Below, one piece after another: positions 37,983 through 51,187 of a stretch of DNA of 64,000 bases. The stretch's first letter is position 1; each line of letters opens with the position of its first letter. Position numbers and translations under genes: made by a program. Below the pieces are notes generated by a model. That model had not been told where the DNA came from. It saw only the letters and a program-made list of their open reading frames with translations, and did no database searches. Source of the stretch: Longimicrobiales bacterium (GTDB lineage: Bacteria > Gemmatimonadota > Gemmatimonadetes > Longimicrobiales > Gaopeijiaceae); contig CBDDCX010000008.1 of assembly GCA_965226375.1 (NCBI GenBank), positions 1,088,001 through 1,152,000 on the forward strand. Reading direction: 5' to 3'.

Positions 37983-39791
37983 ATGACACGACCGAACCAA
38001 CGAACCCACCTCAGGGTGGGGCTGGCCCAACTCAAGCCGAAGAAGGCGGCCGTCGAGGCCAATCTGGCCGGCATCCGTCGGGTTATGGACTCCCACGCCG
38101 GTGCGGTCGATGTGCTTGTATTTCCCGAGGCCGCCTTGAGTGGTTACTTCCTCGAGGGGGGGGTGGCGGAGGCCGCACGGTCTGCCGGCGAGGTAGCCGA
38201 GGGCCTCGGTGACGCGAGTCCGGACGCTGCGGACGTGGTTCTCGGGTTCTACGAGAGACACAACCGAAAGCTCTACAACAGCGTAGCGTACTTCACCCCT
38301 GGCAAGGCCGGTTACGAACCGGTGCATGTCCATCGCAAGATGTTCGTACCCACCTACGGCGTGTTCGACGAGGCTCGCTTTGTCGAAGCCGGACGGGATG
38401 TACGCGCTTTCGATACCCGGCTCGGGCGGGTGGGCATGCTGGTTTGCGAGGAAATGTGGCACTCGTTACCGACGGCGATTCTCGCACTGGGTGGCGCGGA
38501 GCTGATCATCGGCGTCAGCGCCTCGCCCGCCCGAGATTTCACGCCCAGCCGCGAGGGACGACCAGACAACCTTCGGCGATGGGACGCCCTGGCCCCGGCC
38601 ATCGCCCTCGAGCACGGCGTGTTTGTGGTCGTGAGTCAGCTCGTGGGATCAGAAGGCGGAAAGGTTTTTCCGGGAGGATCTCTGGCGGTGGGACCGGAGG
38701 GCGAAGTGTTGGCGCGAGGACCGCTTCTGGAGGAGGGCGTCACCGTGGCGTCCCTCGAGTCGGCGGCGATTGACCGAGCCCGAGTGAAGTCGCCTTTACT
38801 GGCGGACCTCGAACACGCGTTGCCGCATCTTCAGAGGGCCCTCGGCCGTTCTCAAGAACCCGAAGTGACCATCGGAGAGGCTGCAGAGGAACCTGTTGGA
38901 GCCCCGGTGGGAGAGGCTCCAGCACTGGAACACTCCGGGATTGCGGCGCACCCGCCTGTCAGCCCAGACGACACGTCTGTGCTCGATCTCGACGTGGCGC
39001 TCGTGGAGCGAGTGCTCATCGAGTTTGTTCGCGAGGAAGTCGTCCGCCACCGGGGATTCGAGAAGGTCGTCATCGGACTCTCCGGGGGAGTGGACTCCGC
39101 CGTCTCCCTTTCTCTTGCAGTGCGGGCGCTCGGAGCGGAGAACGTGGTGGGATTTCGGTTGCCCTACGCCACCTCGAGCCAGGAGAGCCTGGATCACGCG
39201 GCCCTCATGCTCGAGACCGTGGGGGCGGAGGGTCGCACCATCGAGATCACAGGTACGGTGGACGCCTACGTGGACGAGTACGAACCCGCCGTTTCGCCCC
39301 TTCGGAGGGGGAACCTGGCGGCCCGTATCCGGTCGGTCATCCTCTTCGACCAGTCGGCCAAGCTACAGGCGCTGCCCTTGGGTACGGGCAACAAGTCGGA
39401 GCGGCTGCTGGGCTACTACACCTGGCACGCCGACGATTCACCCCCCATCAACCCGCTGGGTGATCTGTTCAAGACTCAGGTCTGGGCCCTGGCGCGTCAT
39501 CTCGGTGTGCCCGACGTCATCGTCGACAAGCCGGCCTCCGCCGATCTGGTTCGAGGTGTACACGACGAGGACGAGTTGGGCATTTCCTACCATCGTGCGG
39601 ACCCGATTCTGCACTGGCTACTCAAGGGATACCGCCCTGACGAACTGAAGAAGCACGGGTTCGTCGAGGAGGATGTCGACCGGGTATGGCAGCTCCTCTC
39701 GTCGACCCACTGGAAGAGGGAGTTGCCGACGGTGGCGATGCTCTCCTCCAGCGCCATCGGTGAGTTCTACCTCCGGCCGGTGGACTACTAG
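37983..39791 (+). CDS. nadE: Glutamine-dependent NAD+ synthetase
   Basis: Nitrilase domain with an E-K-C triad (FPE, RK..PTYGVFDE.RF, VCEE) fused to a synthetase domain (SGGVDS, GTGNKSE, PLGDLFKTQV). Confidence 0.94.
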   Translation: MTRPNQRTHLRVGLAQLKPKKAAVEANLAGIRRVMDSHAGAVDVLVFPEAALSGYFLEGGVAEAARSAGEVAEGLGDASPDAADVVLGFYERHNRKLYNSVAYFTPGKAGYEPVHVHRKMFVPTYGVFDEARFVEAGRDVRAFDTRLGRVGMLVCEEMWHSLPTAILALGGAELIIGVSASPARDFTPSREGRPDNLRRWDALAPAIALEHGVFVVVSQLVGSEGGKVFPGGSLAVGPEGEVLARGPLLEEGVTVASLESAAIDRARVKSPLLADLEHALPHLQRALGRSQEPEVTIGEAAEEPVGAPVGEAPALEHSGIAAHPPVSPDDTSVLDLDVALVERVLIEFVREEVVRHRGFEKVVIGLSGGVDSAVSLSLAVRALGAENVVGFRLPYATSSQESLDHAALMLETVGAEGRTIEITGTVDAYVDEYEPAVSPLRRGNLAARIRSVILFDQSAKLQALPLGTGNKSERLLGYYTWHADDSPPINPLGDLFKTQVWALARHLGVPDVIVDKPASADLVRGVHDEDELGISYHRADPILHWLLKGYRPDELKKHGFVEEDVDRVWQLLSSTHWKRELPTVAMLSSSAIGEFYLRPVDY

Positions 39792-39816
39792 AGGCCCAGG
39801 GCGGCTCAGGTAGGGC

Positions 39817-40845
39817 TCAGGCTCCGATCACCTTTCGCCGCAGGTTTTCCAGAACGGGCAGGGGAGTCAGCTCACCGTCGATGATGGACGCCAACTCCTC
39901 CTCCTCGAGCCAGTGAGCCTCCAACTCCGACAACTCGAGCTCCAGAAGACGCTGCTCTATCGCCTCGTTGGCAGCGATTTCGAGCGCGATGGCTCCGGTC
40001 CTCTGCAAGTCACCCAACCGACGTCCCTCTTTGATCACGATACGCGTCAGGTCGTGAGGGCTCCCTGCCTCCTGAATCAGCCGAGTGGCGGAACGCACGC
40101 GGCTCTCGGTGGCCCCCGCATGGTGATGGTACGCCAATAGGCGCCTGGTGGTGTGCTCGCCTTCTCTACCCTCGAGTCGGAGGCCTCCTTCGCGAAGATC
40201 TCCACAGACCGGACAGCGCTGAGTCACCGCGAGCGAATCTCCAGGATCGCCGCCGGAGGTCAGGATCAGGTGCCTCCGGTCCCGAAACGCCAGCGAGCGG
40301 AACTGGTGTCCGCAGTGTGCACAGGAGTGCCGACCGCGCCACGCATTGCTTCCGAAACGAAGCCAGCGAGCGGCCTCGGCGACCTTGTCTGGTGCGTTTT
40401 CCCAAAGGAACCAGGCACCCAGCCATCCGATGCCCCCCGTAGCCCAACCGCCGGCGATGGCCGCCCCGGCCGCTGCCGTACCCATGAACATGAGCTTCTT
40501 ATGCGTGGTGGCGCGCTCGGTAAGCTCTCTGCCGTACCGCCACCACGCTTCTTCGGTAAGATTGGCGCGACCCACGCGGACCACATCGAGGTTTCCGGAT
40601 CGGAGCAGCGCTACGTTGTCGGTTTGGGAGAGAAGTCGGGAGCGGTCGGTCACCACCTTCTCGAGTTCTTCGAGGGCCTCCCAGCGGTCTTCGATAGGAG
40701 CCAGGGACCAACGTTTGCAGGACTTACAGACGGCCCAGAGACGTCCCCGCTCGGGGTCGTACGCCACCCGTGTGGATGTGGGGAAGTGCTCTAACTCCTC
40801 ATTCGCGGGAAAGGGCGTGTGACAGACCAGACAGTGGGTGAACAG
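39817..40845 (-). CDS. Hypothetical Zn-finger membrane protein, probable CTG start
   Basis: The frame stays open 26 codons above the GTG at 40767 (LFTHCLVCHTPFPANEELEHFP...), adding a CxxC that pairs with CKSC. A second CAHC/CPVC pair and a central hydrophobic stretch follow. GGAG lies 7 nt before CTG 40845. Confidence 0.7.
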   Translation of the reverse strand: MFTHCLVCHTPFPANEELEHFPTSTRVAYDPERGRLWAVCKSCKRWSLAPIEDRWEALEELEKVVTDRSRLLSQTDNVALLRSGNLDVVRVGRANLTEEAWWRYGRELTERATTHKKLMFMGTAAAGAAIAGGWATGGIGWLGAWFLWENAPDKVAEAARWLRFGSNAWRGRHSCAHCGHQFRSLAFRDRRHLILTSGGDPGDSLAVTQRCPVCGDLREGGLRLEGREGEHTTRRLLAYHHHAGATESRVRSATRLIQEAGSPHDLTRIVIKEGRRLGDLQRTGAIALEIAANEAIEQRLLELELSELEAHWLEEEELASIIDGELTPLPVLENLRRKVIGA

Positions 40846-40949
40846 ATGAGGGCTCCGTAGACCGAAGTGAGGGGTATCGTCGATACACCGATCGCCGTAC
40901 CCAGGTTACGGGTCTACCGGCCACTCTCTTCTGAAACAGGCGAACGCTC

Positions 40950-41528
40950 ATGCTCCTGGTTCTCGACAACTACGACTCCTTCACCTTCAACCTGGTCCAA
41001 TACCTTGGGGAGCTCGGAGCCGATGTCGTCGTGGTTCGAAACGACGAACGGTCGGTCGAGGAGATCATCCACCTCGCTCCGGATCGTGTGGTGGTATCCC
41101 CGGGTCCCTGCACCCCACAGGAGGCTGGGGTGAGCATCGAGTTGTTTCGTTCCCTGGGGTCGTCCACTCCCATGCTCGGAGTTTGCCTCGGCCACCAGGC
41201 CCTGGGAGAAGCGTTCGGCGGACGTACCGTCCGGGCCGAGCGGGTCATGCACGGTAAGACGGCGCCGGTCAGGCACACAGGTGAAGGAATCTTCACCGAC
41301 ATCCCCTCTCCCTTTGTCGTGGCCAGATATCACTCGCTCGTAACGGACGTCGTCGCTCTACCCGACACACTCACGCCCGTGGCCTGGAGCGGCGTCGACG
41401 AGGGTGATTCATCTGAAATTCAAGCTATTCGGCACCGAGAGCACCCGCTCTGGGGAGTCCAGTTCCATCCAGAGTCGCTGTTCTCAGAACACGGCAAGAC
41501 ACTACTAGCCAACTTCTTGGCGCTCTAG
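40950..41528 (+). CDS. Anthranilate/aminodeoxychorismate synthase component II (TrpG/PabA)
   Basis: DNYDSFTFNL, SPGP, GVCLGHQ, RYHSL, GVQFHPES. Confidence 0.93.
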   Translation: MLLVLDNYDSFTFNLVQYLGELGADVVVVRNDERSVEEIIHLAPDRVVVSPGPCTPQEAGVSIELFRSLGSSTPMLGVCLGHQALGEAFGGRTVRAERVMHGKTAPVRHTGEGIFTDIPSPFVVARYHSLVTDVVALPDTLTPVAWSGVDEGDSSEIQAIRHREHPLWGVQFHPESLFSEHGKTLLANFLAL

Positions 41529-41603
41529 AACCCTCTCTGCCAACGTACGTGAGACACGGAGCACGCAAAGAATTAGAGTAGGGCGAAGGCAGAGAAAACG
41601 AAC

Positions 41604-42053
41604 ATGTTGGGACTGCGAGAGAGAATGGCAGAGAATGGTAGTGCCCCTGGAACCGGGGAGGCCAAGCGAAGCGCGGCAGCTCCTGCGGACCCGGAGGTAG
41701 TAGATAGGCCGCTACGGCGGCGGTTCAGTCCGTCGTACAAGCTGCGGATCGTCGAAGAAGCGGACCGGTGCACCGAGCCCGGCGAGGTGGGTCAAGTCCT
41801 GCGGCGAGAGGGCCTGTACTCGTCGCACCTGACGACGTGGCGCAAGGCGGCGCATAGCGGGTCGCTGAAGGCCCTGTCGAAGAAACGCGGCCGCAAGCCG
41901 GAGCGAAATCCGCTGGATGAGAAGGTACGCAAGCTGGAGCGGCGAAACGCACGGCTCGGGAATGAGCTCAGGAAGGCACACCTGATCATCGACGTGCAGG
42001 GAAAAGTTGCGGGGCTGCTGGGGATAAGCCTCGACGACGGGACAAACTCTTGA
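41604..42053 (+). CDS. IS3-family transposase OrfA
   Basis: RRRFS..YKLRIVEEAD, LRREGLYSSHL..WR helix-turn-helix, C-terminal coiled coil. Confidence 0.88.
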   Translation: MLGLRERMAENGSAPGTGEAKRSAAAPADPEVVDRPLRRRFSPSYKLRIVEEADRCTEPGEVGQVLRREGLYSSHLTTWRKAAHSGSLKALSKKRGRKPERNPLDEKVRKLERRNARLGNELRKAHLIIDVQGKVAGLLGISLDDGTNS

Positions 42054-43057
42054 AGGCGGCCGATGAGCTGGCTAAGCACGTCGGTGTAAAACCGGCGTGC
42101 GCGGCCCTCGAGGTCTCCCGATCGACGTTGTACCGTCGTCGAGGCCCATCAACCGGGCAACAGCAGCCCCGCCCGACGCCCGCCCGGGCATTGAGCGAGA
42201 CGGAACGAGGCGAGGTCTTCGACACGCTGTGTTCGGAGCGGTTCGTGGACCGCTCACCCGCCGAGGTGGTGGCCACGCTGCTCGACGAAGAGGTCTACCT
42301 GTGCAGCGAACGCACGATGTATCGTGTTCTGGCCTCCGAGGTGCCGGTTCAGGAACGCCGGGCGCAGCGCACCCATCCCGAGTACAAGAAGCCCGAGTTG
42401 ATGGCCACGGCGCCGAACCAGGTGTGGTCCTGGGATATCACGCGGCTGCTCGGGCCGAAGAAGTGGAGCTATTACTACCTCTACGTCATCATGGACATCT
42501 ACAGCCGCTACGTCGTGGGCTGGATGGTGGCGGACCGGGAGAACTCGGCCCTGGCCGGCCGGTTGATCCAGCAGAGCTGCCTGAAGCATGGCGTCCAGCC
42601 CCGGGTCCTGACCCTGCACTCGGATCGGGGAGCTCCAATGACGAGCCAATGCACCGCTCAACTTCTCGCTGACCTCGGCGTGACCCGCTCGTTGAGCCGG
42701 CCTCAGGTGTCGGATGACAACCCGTTTTCCGAGGCTCAGTTCAAAACCTTGAAGTACCATCCCTCGTTTCCCGGACGGTTCGGGGATCAGGGCCAAGCCA
42801 AGACGTTCTGTCGATCGTTCTTCCGCTGGTACAATGCCGAGCACCGCCATGGCGGCATCTCGATGCTAACCCCCGAGCAGGTCCACTTCGGGAACGCCGA
42901 TCAGGTCATTGCCGGCAGGAAATCCGTGCTCCGCGAAGCATGGGCCGCTCATCCCGAACGCTTCGTCAGAGGTGTGCCGAAGCCCAAACCGCTCCCGGAG
43001 GCCGTCTTCATCAATCCTCCCATCCCTTCCCTCACCACACAGGACATTGCTCTCTAA
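42050..43057 (+). CDS. IS3-family transposase OrfB (DDE)
   Basis: PNQVWSWDIT, LHSDRG, DNPFSEAQFKTLK, YN.EHRH; -1 frame relative to orfA. Confidence 0.92.
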   Translation: MKAADELAKHVGVKPACAALEVSRSTLYRRRGPSTGQQQPRPTPARALSETERGEVFDTLCSERFVDRSPAEVVATLLDEEVYLCSERTMYRVLASEVPVQERRAQRTHPEYKKPELMATAPNQVWSWDITRLLGPKKWSYYYLYVIMDIYSRYVVGWMVADRENSALAGRLIQQSCLKHGVQPRVLTLHSDRGAPMTSQCTAQLLADLGVTRSLSRPQVSDDNPFSEAQFKTLKYHPSFPGRFGDQGQAKTFCRSFFRWYNAEHRHGGISMLTPEQVHFGNADQVIAGRKSVLREAWAAHPERFVRGVPKPKPLPEAVFINPPIPSLTTQDIAL

Positions 43058-43146
43058 TTAATCCCGTAGAGTGTCCCATTGTCGTTGACAGGTTCCGGAA
43101 GGCTGTTCAGGCCGTTGCCACGTCACCCGGGCTCGGATAACTTAAC

Positions 43147-43162
43147 TGGCGTGATATTTGCA
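43147..43162 (+). promoter_or_regulatory. Putative sigma54 (-24/-12) promoter
   Basis: TGGCGTGATATTTGCA has the exact GG-N10-GC spacing of the TGGCAC-N5-TTGCW consensus and lies just upstream of kdsB. Confidence 0.55.
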
Positions 43163-43197
43163 TCTTCGGCCTCCGCCTCGTGTCCTGGAAGGGACTC

Positions 43198-46459
<3,262 letters not shown>

Positions 46460-46465
46460 ACGCTT

Positions 46466-47035
46466 ATGGAAGAGCGACGAGAAGACATCCCCCCCGACCT
46501 GGCGCTTGCCATTCGGCTCGTGGTGCTGGATGTCGACGGGGTTCTCACCGACGGGGGGATCTACGTCGGGGCCCAGCCGGGTGGCGAGACCTCGGAGTTC
46601 AAGCGCTTCGATATCCAGGACGGCCTAGGCGTGAAGATGCTCGGATGGGCCGGGATCGAGGTGGTCATCGTGTCAGGACGGATATCGGAAGCCACCACGA
46701 GAAGGGCCAGCGAGCTCGGCATAACGGAGTGCCACCAAGATCCGGGAGCCGCCAAGCTTCCCGTAGTGCAAACGCTCCTTGACGAGCGTGGAGTAGCATG
46801 GGAAGAGACCGCGATGGTCGGTGACGACTTGGCGGACCTGCCCGTCCTCGAGCGAGTCGGCCTTCCGGTTGCCGTGGCCAACGCCGTCCCCGAGGTACAT
46901 GACGTATCCGGGTGGATCACCACGGCTCGGGGTGGAGCGGGTGCCGTGCGGGAATTCGCTCGGGCCTTACTCATGGCAAGGGGCGAGTGGGACCGATTGG
47001 TCCAAGAGTACTGTGACGCCCGCTCGGGGTCCTGA
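46466..47035 (+). CDS. kdsC: KDO-8-phosphate phosphatase
   Basis: LDVDGVLTDG, F...DG.G, GDD..D, GG.GAVRE. Confidence 0.94.
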   Translation: MEERREDIPPDLALAIRLVVLDVDGVLTDGGIYVGAQPGGETSEFKRFDIQDGLGVKMLGWAGIEVVIVSGRISEATTRRASELGITECHQDPGAAKLPVVQTLLDERGVAWEETAMVGDDLADLPVLERVGLPVAVANAVPEVHDVSGWITTARGGAGAVREFARALLMARGEWDRLVQEYCDARSGS

Positions 47036-47039
47036 CGCC

Positions 47040-48029
47040 GTGAGCGGCGAGCCCGATGTCCCCACCGATTCCGAGCGGGTTCTCCAGGAGGCCAGGCGAG
47101 TCCTGACCGTCGAGGCCCAGGCCGTACAGCGCCTGGCGGAGCGCATCGGCGATGATTTCGTGGAGGCAGTGAATCTTCTGACCGGCTGTACCGGCCGAAT
47201 CATCGTATCGGGCATCGGCAAGAGCGGAATTATCGGTCGTAAAATGGCCGCCACGTTCACATCCACCGGCACGCCCGCGAACTTCCTTCACCCGGTAGAA
47301 GGACTCCACGGGGACCTGGGGATCGTCGGGGCAGACGACGTGGCCATCCTGATATCCAAGAGTGGGGAGACGTCGGAGCTGTCGGGACTGGTGGATTATT
47401 TCCTCCAAGCAGGGGTTCCGATCGTGGCGCTGACGGGCGATCCGAAATCTCCTCTCTCTGCCCTTGCCGCTGTGGCGCTGGACTGCTCGGTGGACGAAGA
47501 GGCCTGTCCCATGGATCTGGCTCCCACCTCCTCGACCACAGCCACACTGGCTATGGGGGACGCCTTGGCCGTGGTCCTACTCCAGCAAAAGGGTTTTCGG
47601 GAACAGGATTTTGCCCTGCTCCACCCCGGAGGATCCCTGGGACGAAAGCTCACGTTGCGTGTAGAAGACGTGATGATCACCGAAGGGTACCCATACCTCC
47701 GAAGGGAGGCCTCGATGCGGGACTGCATCGTCCCGTTGTCCGAGCAGCGAGGGACGGTGCCTATCGTCGATGAGGACCAACAAGTCGTCGGAGTCGTTAC
47801 CGCTGGCGATCTGACCCGCTTGATGGAGCGCCGGGAGGATTTCCTGGACGTGCCTGTCACGGTAGCGATGACCCTTGCACCCAAGGTGGCCCACGCCGAG
47901 GAGCTAGGCTCAGCGGCGATCCACCGCATGGAAACTCACGGCATCATGGCCTTGCCCGTGGTCGATGAAGACCAACGTTTGGGGGGAATCGTCCACCTTC
48001 ATGATCTCATGAAGGCAGGGGCCCTATAG
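47040..48029 (+). CDS. kdsD: Arabinose-5-phosphate isomerase (KpsF/GutQ/KdsD)
   Basis: G.GKSG, HGDLG, EACP..LAPTSST, HPGGSLG, C-terminal CBS pair. Confidence 0.94.
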   Translation: MSGEPDVPTDSERVLQEARRVLTVEAQAVQRLAERIGDDFVEAVNLLTGCTGRIIVSGIGKSGIIGRKMAATFTSTGTPANFLHPVEGLHGDLGIVGADDVAILISKSGETSELSGLVDYFLQAGVPIVALTGDPKSPLSALAAVALDCSVDEEACPMDLAPTSSTTATLAMGDALAVVLLQQKGFREQDFALLHPGGSLGRKLTLRVEDVMITEGYPYLRREASMRDCIVPLSEQRGTVPIVDEDQQVVGVVTAGDLTRLMERREDFLDVPVTVAMTLAPKVAHAEELGSAAIHRMETHGIMALPVVDEDQRLGGIVHLHDLMKAGAL

Positions 48030-48031
48030 TC

Positions 48032-48583
48032 ATGGTACGTAATATTTTACGAGTGATCGTCCTGATCTTGGTGGGGGGTCTGACGACTTGCGAAAACCCA
48101 CGCCAGGAGGCGGTGGTCGATCCGGAACTGGAGAATATCGAAGCCGACTATATCATCTTCGGCAACCGCCACTACCTGACACGCCAGGGGATCCGTGAAG
48201 CCCTCGTGGTGGCAGATACTGCCTATTTTTTCAACGACTCCACGGTGGTACTTCTCAGGGGCAACGTGACGTTGACCGCCTACCACGAGGACATTGGGAC
48301 CGAGAAGGCCGTGGTCACCTCAGACCGCGGCCGCCTGAACACCAACGACAACTCCATGGTCGCGTACGGTAACGCCGTGCTCGTGATTGCCGAGGGCCAG
48401 CGTCGTATCGAGAGCGCCGAGCTCAACTATCATCCGGAGCAGGACCGGATCTGGAGTGATTCAGCGACGGTTATGTACGAGGGCCAGAGTATCGTGGAGG
48501 GAAGCGGATTCGACGCCGACCTCGACTTCGACCAGGTGCTGGTGCGGAACGCCCGCACCCGGGGCGGCACCGTCCGCTTCTGA
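48032..48583 (+). CDS. lptC: LPS export periplasmic protein LptC
   Basis: N-terminal anchor, beta-rich body (IES.EL.Y..IWSDS..G.GF..D); position between kdsD and lptA/lptB. Confidence 0.8.
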   Translation: MVRNILRVIVLILVGGLTTCENPRQEAVVDPELENIEADYIIFGNRHYLTRQGIREALVVADTAYFFNDSTVVLLRGNVTLTAYHEDIGTEKAVVTSDRGRLNTNDNSMVAYGNAVLVIAEGQRRIESAELNYHPEQDRIWSDSATVMYEGQSIVEGSGFDADLDFDQVLVRNARTRGGTVRF

Positions 48584-50313
48584 TGCGGCGCCATCTCTCG
48601 CTGCTTTATATCCTGCCGGTCGTGTTCCTGTGGGGGGTAACGGCTGTCGTCGCTCAGGATCGTACGTGTGACCTGATCGACTCCCGCCAGGTCAACTCCA
48701 TTACCCAGACCGGTGGGCGGGTAAGCCACGTCACTCGTCCACGCTTTCTGTGTACCGACGGCACGCGCATCGAAGCCGACTCCTCGGTGACGTTCGAGGC
48801 GAATTCCTTCACGCAGCTCTTCGGTAACGTGCTCTTCCGTGACGGCCCCCAAGAGCTCTTGGCAGAACGAGCCCAGTACTTCAGCCGCGCGGGCCGTCTT
48901 CAGGCTCAGGGCTCGGTGAGCCTGACCGATCTAGACGACGGGTCGACCATCACAGGCGAGAACCTGATCATGCTTCAGGCCGGGGACGACCGCCCGGAAG
49001 ACGACATGACCATGCGCGGCGGCCGCCCACATGCTCGCTTCCTGTCGAAGGCGGTGCCCGTATCCGACAGCCTTCCGGCCGACGAACTCGCGCCGGACAG
49101 TATCGAAGTCGAGCCTCGGCTCGCGGACTCGCGGCCGGATTCGCTGCCGGACTCGATCATGGTTGAACCTGATACGATGGCTCTTGAGGAGGCCTCGGCA
49201 GACACGTTGGAAGTCGAGGTCGTCGAACCCGAACCACCGGCCCCTCCGACAACCTTCGATGTCGATGCCGATATGATCCGTCTGGTGGGAGACCAACTGT
49301 TCCAGGCGCGCGGGCGCGTAGAGATTCGCCAAGACTCGCTTTTCGCGTACGGTGACTCGATGCAGTACGCGGAGGACATCGGCACCCTCACGCTGTTTCA
49401 TAATGCACGCATCCTCTCTCCGAACGAGGAATCCGGTGACACGCTCGACGTGAGGGGTGACACCATCGATATGCGACTTCCGAACAATCGCATCGATGAA
49501 CTCGAGGCGCGTGGCCACGCCCACCTGGTCACGGAGTCCGTCGACATGAGGGGCCCCATCGTCCGGATCTTCTTTGTACGTGAAGAACTGGATCGTATCG
49601 TCTCGGTCTTGGGCGCATGGCAGGAAGAAGCGCCCGTCGAGGAAGATCCGTCCGTTGAGGAAGAGAGTGATTCTCTCGAGGTCGAGGTGCCCGACCCCTT
49701 CGCGCGACCACAGGCGACGGCCGAGGACTTTCTCCTGACGGGGGACTCCATAGAGGTGAAAACGCCTGGGGGAGACTTGGAGAGCGTCTTCGCGTCCGGT
49801 GGGGCCCACGGAGTCTCCAGCGGCCGGAGCTCCCTGAACGCCGAGAACGCGCCCGAGTTCATTCGGAACGATTGGATCGAGGGTCAGACCATCACCGCGA
49901 CATTCGTCGAGAACGTGCCCGATTCCACCCCTCGGTCGTCCGCCCCCGGCGAGAGTCGCTACCGTCTCGACTTGTTGGTGGCGCAGGGCGGGGCCCGAAG
50001 TTTCTACCGCTCCGCTGCGGATTCGACCGCCGAGCCCGGCGCCAGCCCGAGCCCACTCGAGCTCAACTATGTGATCGGGGACGAGATCAGGCTGTTCATG
50101 GACAACGGAGAAGTCGATCGTGTGGAGGTGGACAACGCTACGGGAGCCTATTTCCAGCCGGACGGCTCCGGGGCCCCGGCGGGTGAGGCCCCAGTGGGTG
50201 ATACGCTAACGGCTCCACCGCCAGATACTTCGTCCACGTCGCGCGGGCGTAGCAACCCAACAGAGGAAAGCCGCACCAATGAGCGACTTCAACCGAGACT
50301 TCGAAATCGCTGA
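48583..50313 (+). CDS. Long OstA/LptA-like periplasmic protein
   Basis: Signal peptide, repeated beta-jellyroll-like strands (GNV.F.D, A.G.V.I) and acidic linkers; position between lptC and lptB. Confidence 0.72.
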   Translation: MRRHLSLLYILPVVFLWGVTAVVAQDRTCDLIDSRQVNSITQTGGRVSHVTRPRFLCTDGTRIEADSSVTFEANSFTQLFGNVLFRDGPQELLAERAQYFSRAGRLQAQGSVSLTDLDDGSTITGENLIMLQAGDDRPEDDMTMRGGRPHARFLSKAVPVSDSLPADELAPDSIEVEPRLADSRPDSLPDSIMVEPDTMALEEASADTLEVEVVEPEPPAPPTTFDVDADMIRLVGDQLFQARGRVEIRQDSLFAYGDSMQYAEDIGTLTLFHNARILSPNEESGDTLDVRGDTIDMRLPNNRIDELEARGHAHLVTESVDMRGPIVRIFFVREELDRIVSVLGAWQEEAPVEEDPSVEEESDSLEVEVPDPFARPQATAEDFLLTGDSIEVKTPGGDLESVFASGGAHGVSSGRSSLNAENAPEFIRNDWIEGQTITATFVENVPDSTPRSSAPGESRYRLDLLVAQGGARSFYRSAADSTAEPGASPSPLELNYVIGDEIRLFMDNGEVDRVEVDNATGAYFQPDGSGAPAGEAPVGDTLTAPPPDTSSTSRGRSNPTEESRTNERLQPRLRNR

Positions 50314-51169
50314 CGCTTCCGAAGAAAACGCGGTGAGTGCCGTGATTTCTCAGCTCCCGACCAAGAGTCGCCTCTTCGGTGAGGGTCTGACCAAGGCCTA
50401 CCGAAAACGGCGTGTCGTAGACGGAATCGCCATTTCAGTCGAGCAGGGCGAGATCGTCGGGTTGTTGGGTCCGAACGGCGCAGGCAAGACCACCACGTTC
50501 TATATGCTCGTAGGGCTGATTCCCTCCGATGACGGTAAGGTCTATCTGGACGACCAAGAGCTCACCTCCATTCCGATGTACCGCCGGGCGCGAATGGGAG
50601 TGGGATACCTCGCCCAGGAGCCGTCTGTATTTCGGAAGCTCACGGTCGAACAAAACGTGAAGGCCATCCTCGAGACGCTCAAGCTTTCCCGGGCGGAAGA
50701 GAAGGCCCGTCTGGAGGAACTGTTGGGCGAGCTCTCCCTCGGGCACCTGCGTACCAACAAGGCCTACTCGCTCTCGGGAGGGGAGCGGCGGCGGCTGGAG
50801 ATCACACGTGCCTTGGTACAACGGCCCAAGTTCATGCTGCTCGACGAGCCGTTCGCGGGCATCGATCCCATTGCCGTTCACGATATTCAAGCCATCGTGG
50901 CCAGCCTGAAACAAAGGGGGATCGGGGTCATCATTTCCGACCACAACGTTGAACAAACCCTGGAGATCGTGGACCGAGCGTACATTATGTATGAGGGTAA
51001 GATTCAGGTTAGCGGCACCGTTTCGGAGTTGGTCTGGAACGAAGACGTGGCCGAAATCTACCTGGGGCCGACGCTCACGGAGCGTATGCGGGGCCGATAT
51101 GACCGGCCTCCCGGCGCTGAAAGCAAGATGGCGCCGCCGGCGCCGGAGACCGACGAAACCGATTCGTAG
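50279..51169 (+). CDS. lptB: LPS export ABC transporter ATP-binding protein
   Basis: [47 protein letters not shown]. Confidence 0.96.
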   Translation: MSDFNRDFEIADASEENAVSAVISQLPTKSRLFGEGLTKAYRKRRVVDGIAISVEQGEIVGLLGPNGAGKTTTFYMLVGLIPSDDGKVYLDDQELTSIPMYRRARMGVGYLAQEPSVFRKLTVEQNVKAILETLKLSRAEEKARLEELLGELSLGHLRTNKAYSLSGGERRRLEITRALVQRPKFMLLDEPFAGIDPIAVHDIQAIVASLKQRGIGVIISDHNVEQTLEIVDRAYIMYEGKIQVSGTVSELVWNEDVAEIYLGPTLTERMRGRYDRPPGAESKMAPPAPETDETDS

Positions 51170-51187
51170 CGAGTTGCACACGACTTC

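Larger units (their letters stand above)
41538..43090 (+). mobile_element. IS3-family insertion sequence (~1.55 kb)
   Basis: orfA/orfB pair. Imperfect terminal IRs, TGCCAACGTACGTGAGACAC versus the reverse complement of the right end TGTCAACGACAATGGGACAC (14/20), give 5'-TG...CA-3' ends. No target duplication was seen, so the ends are approximate. Confidence 0.88.

Noticed and set aside
41525..43100. Target-site duplication around the IS3 element
   Set aside because: The flanks (…ccctctc and ggttccg…) show no direct repeat at the inferred ends, so none is claimed.
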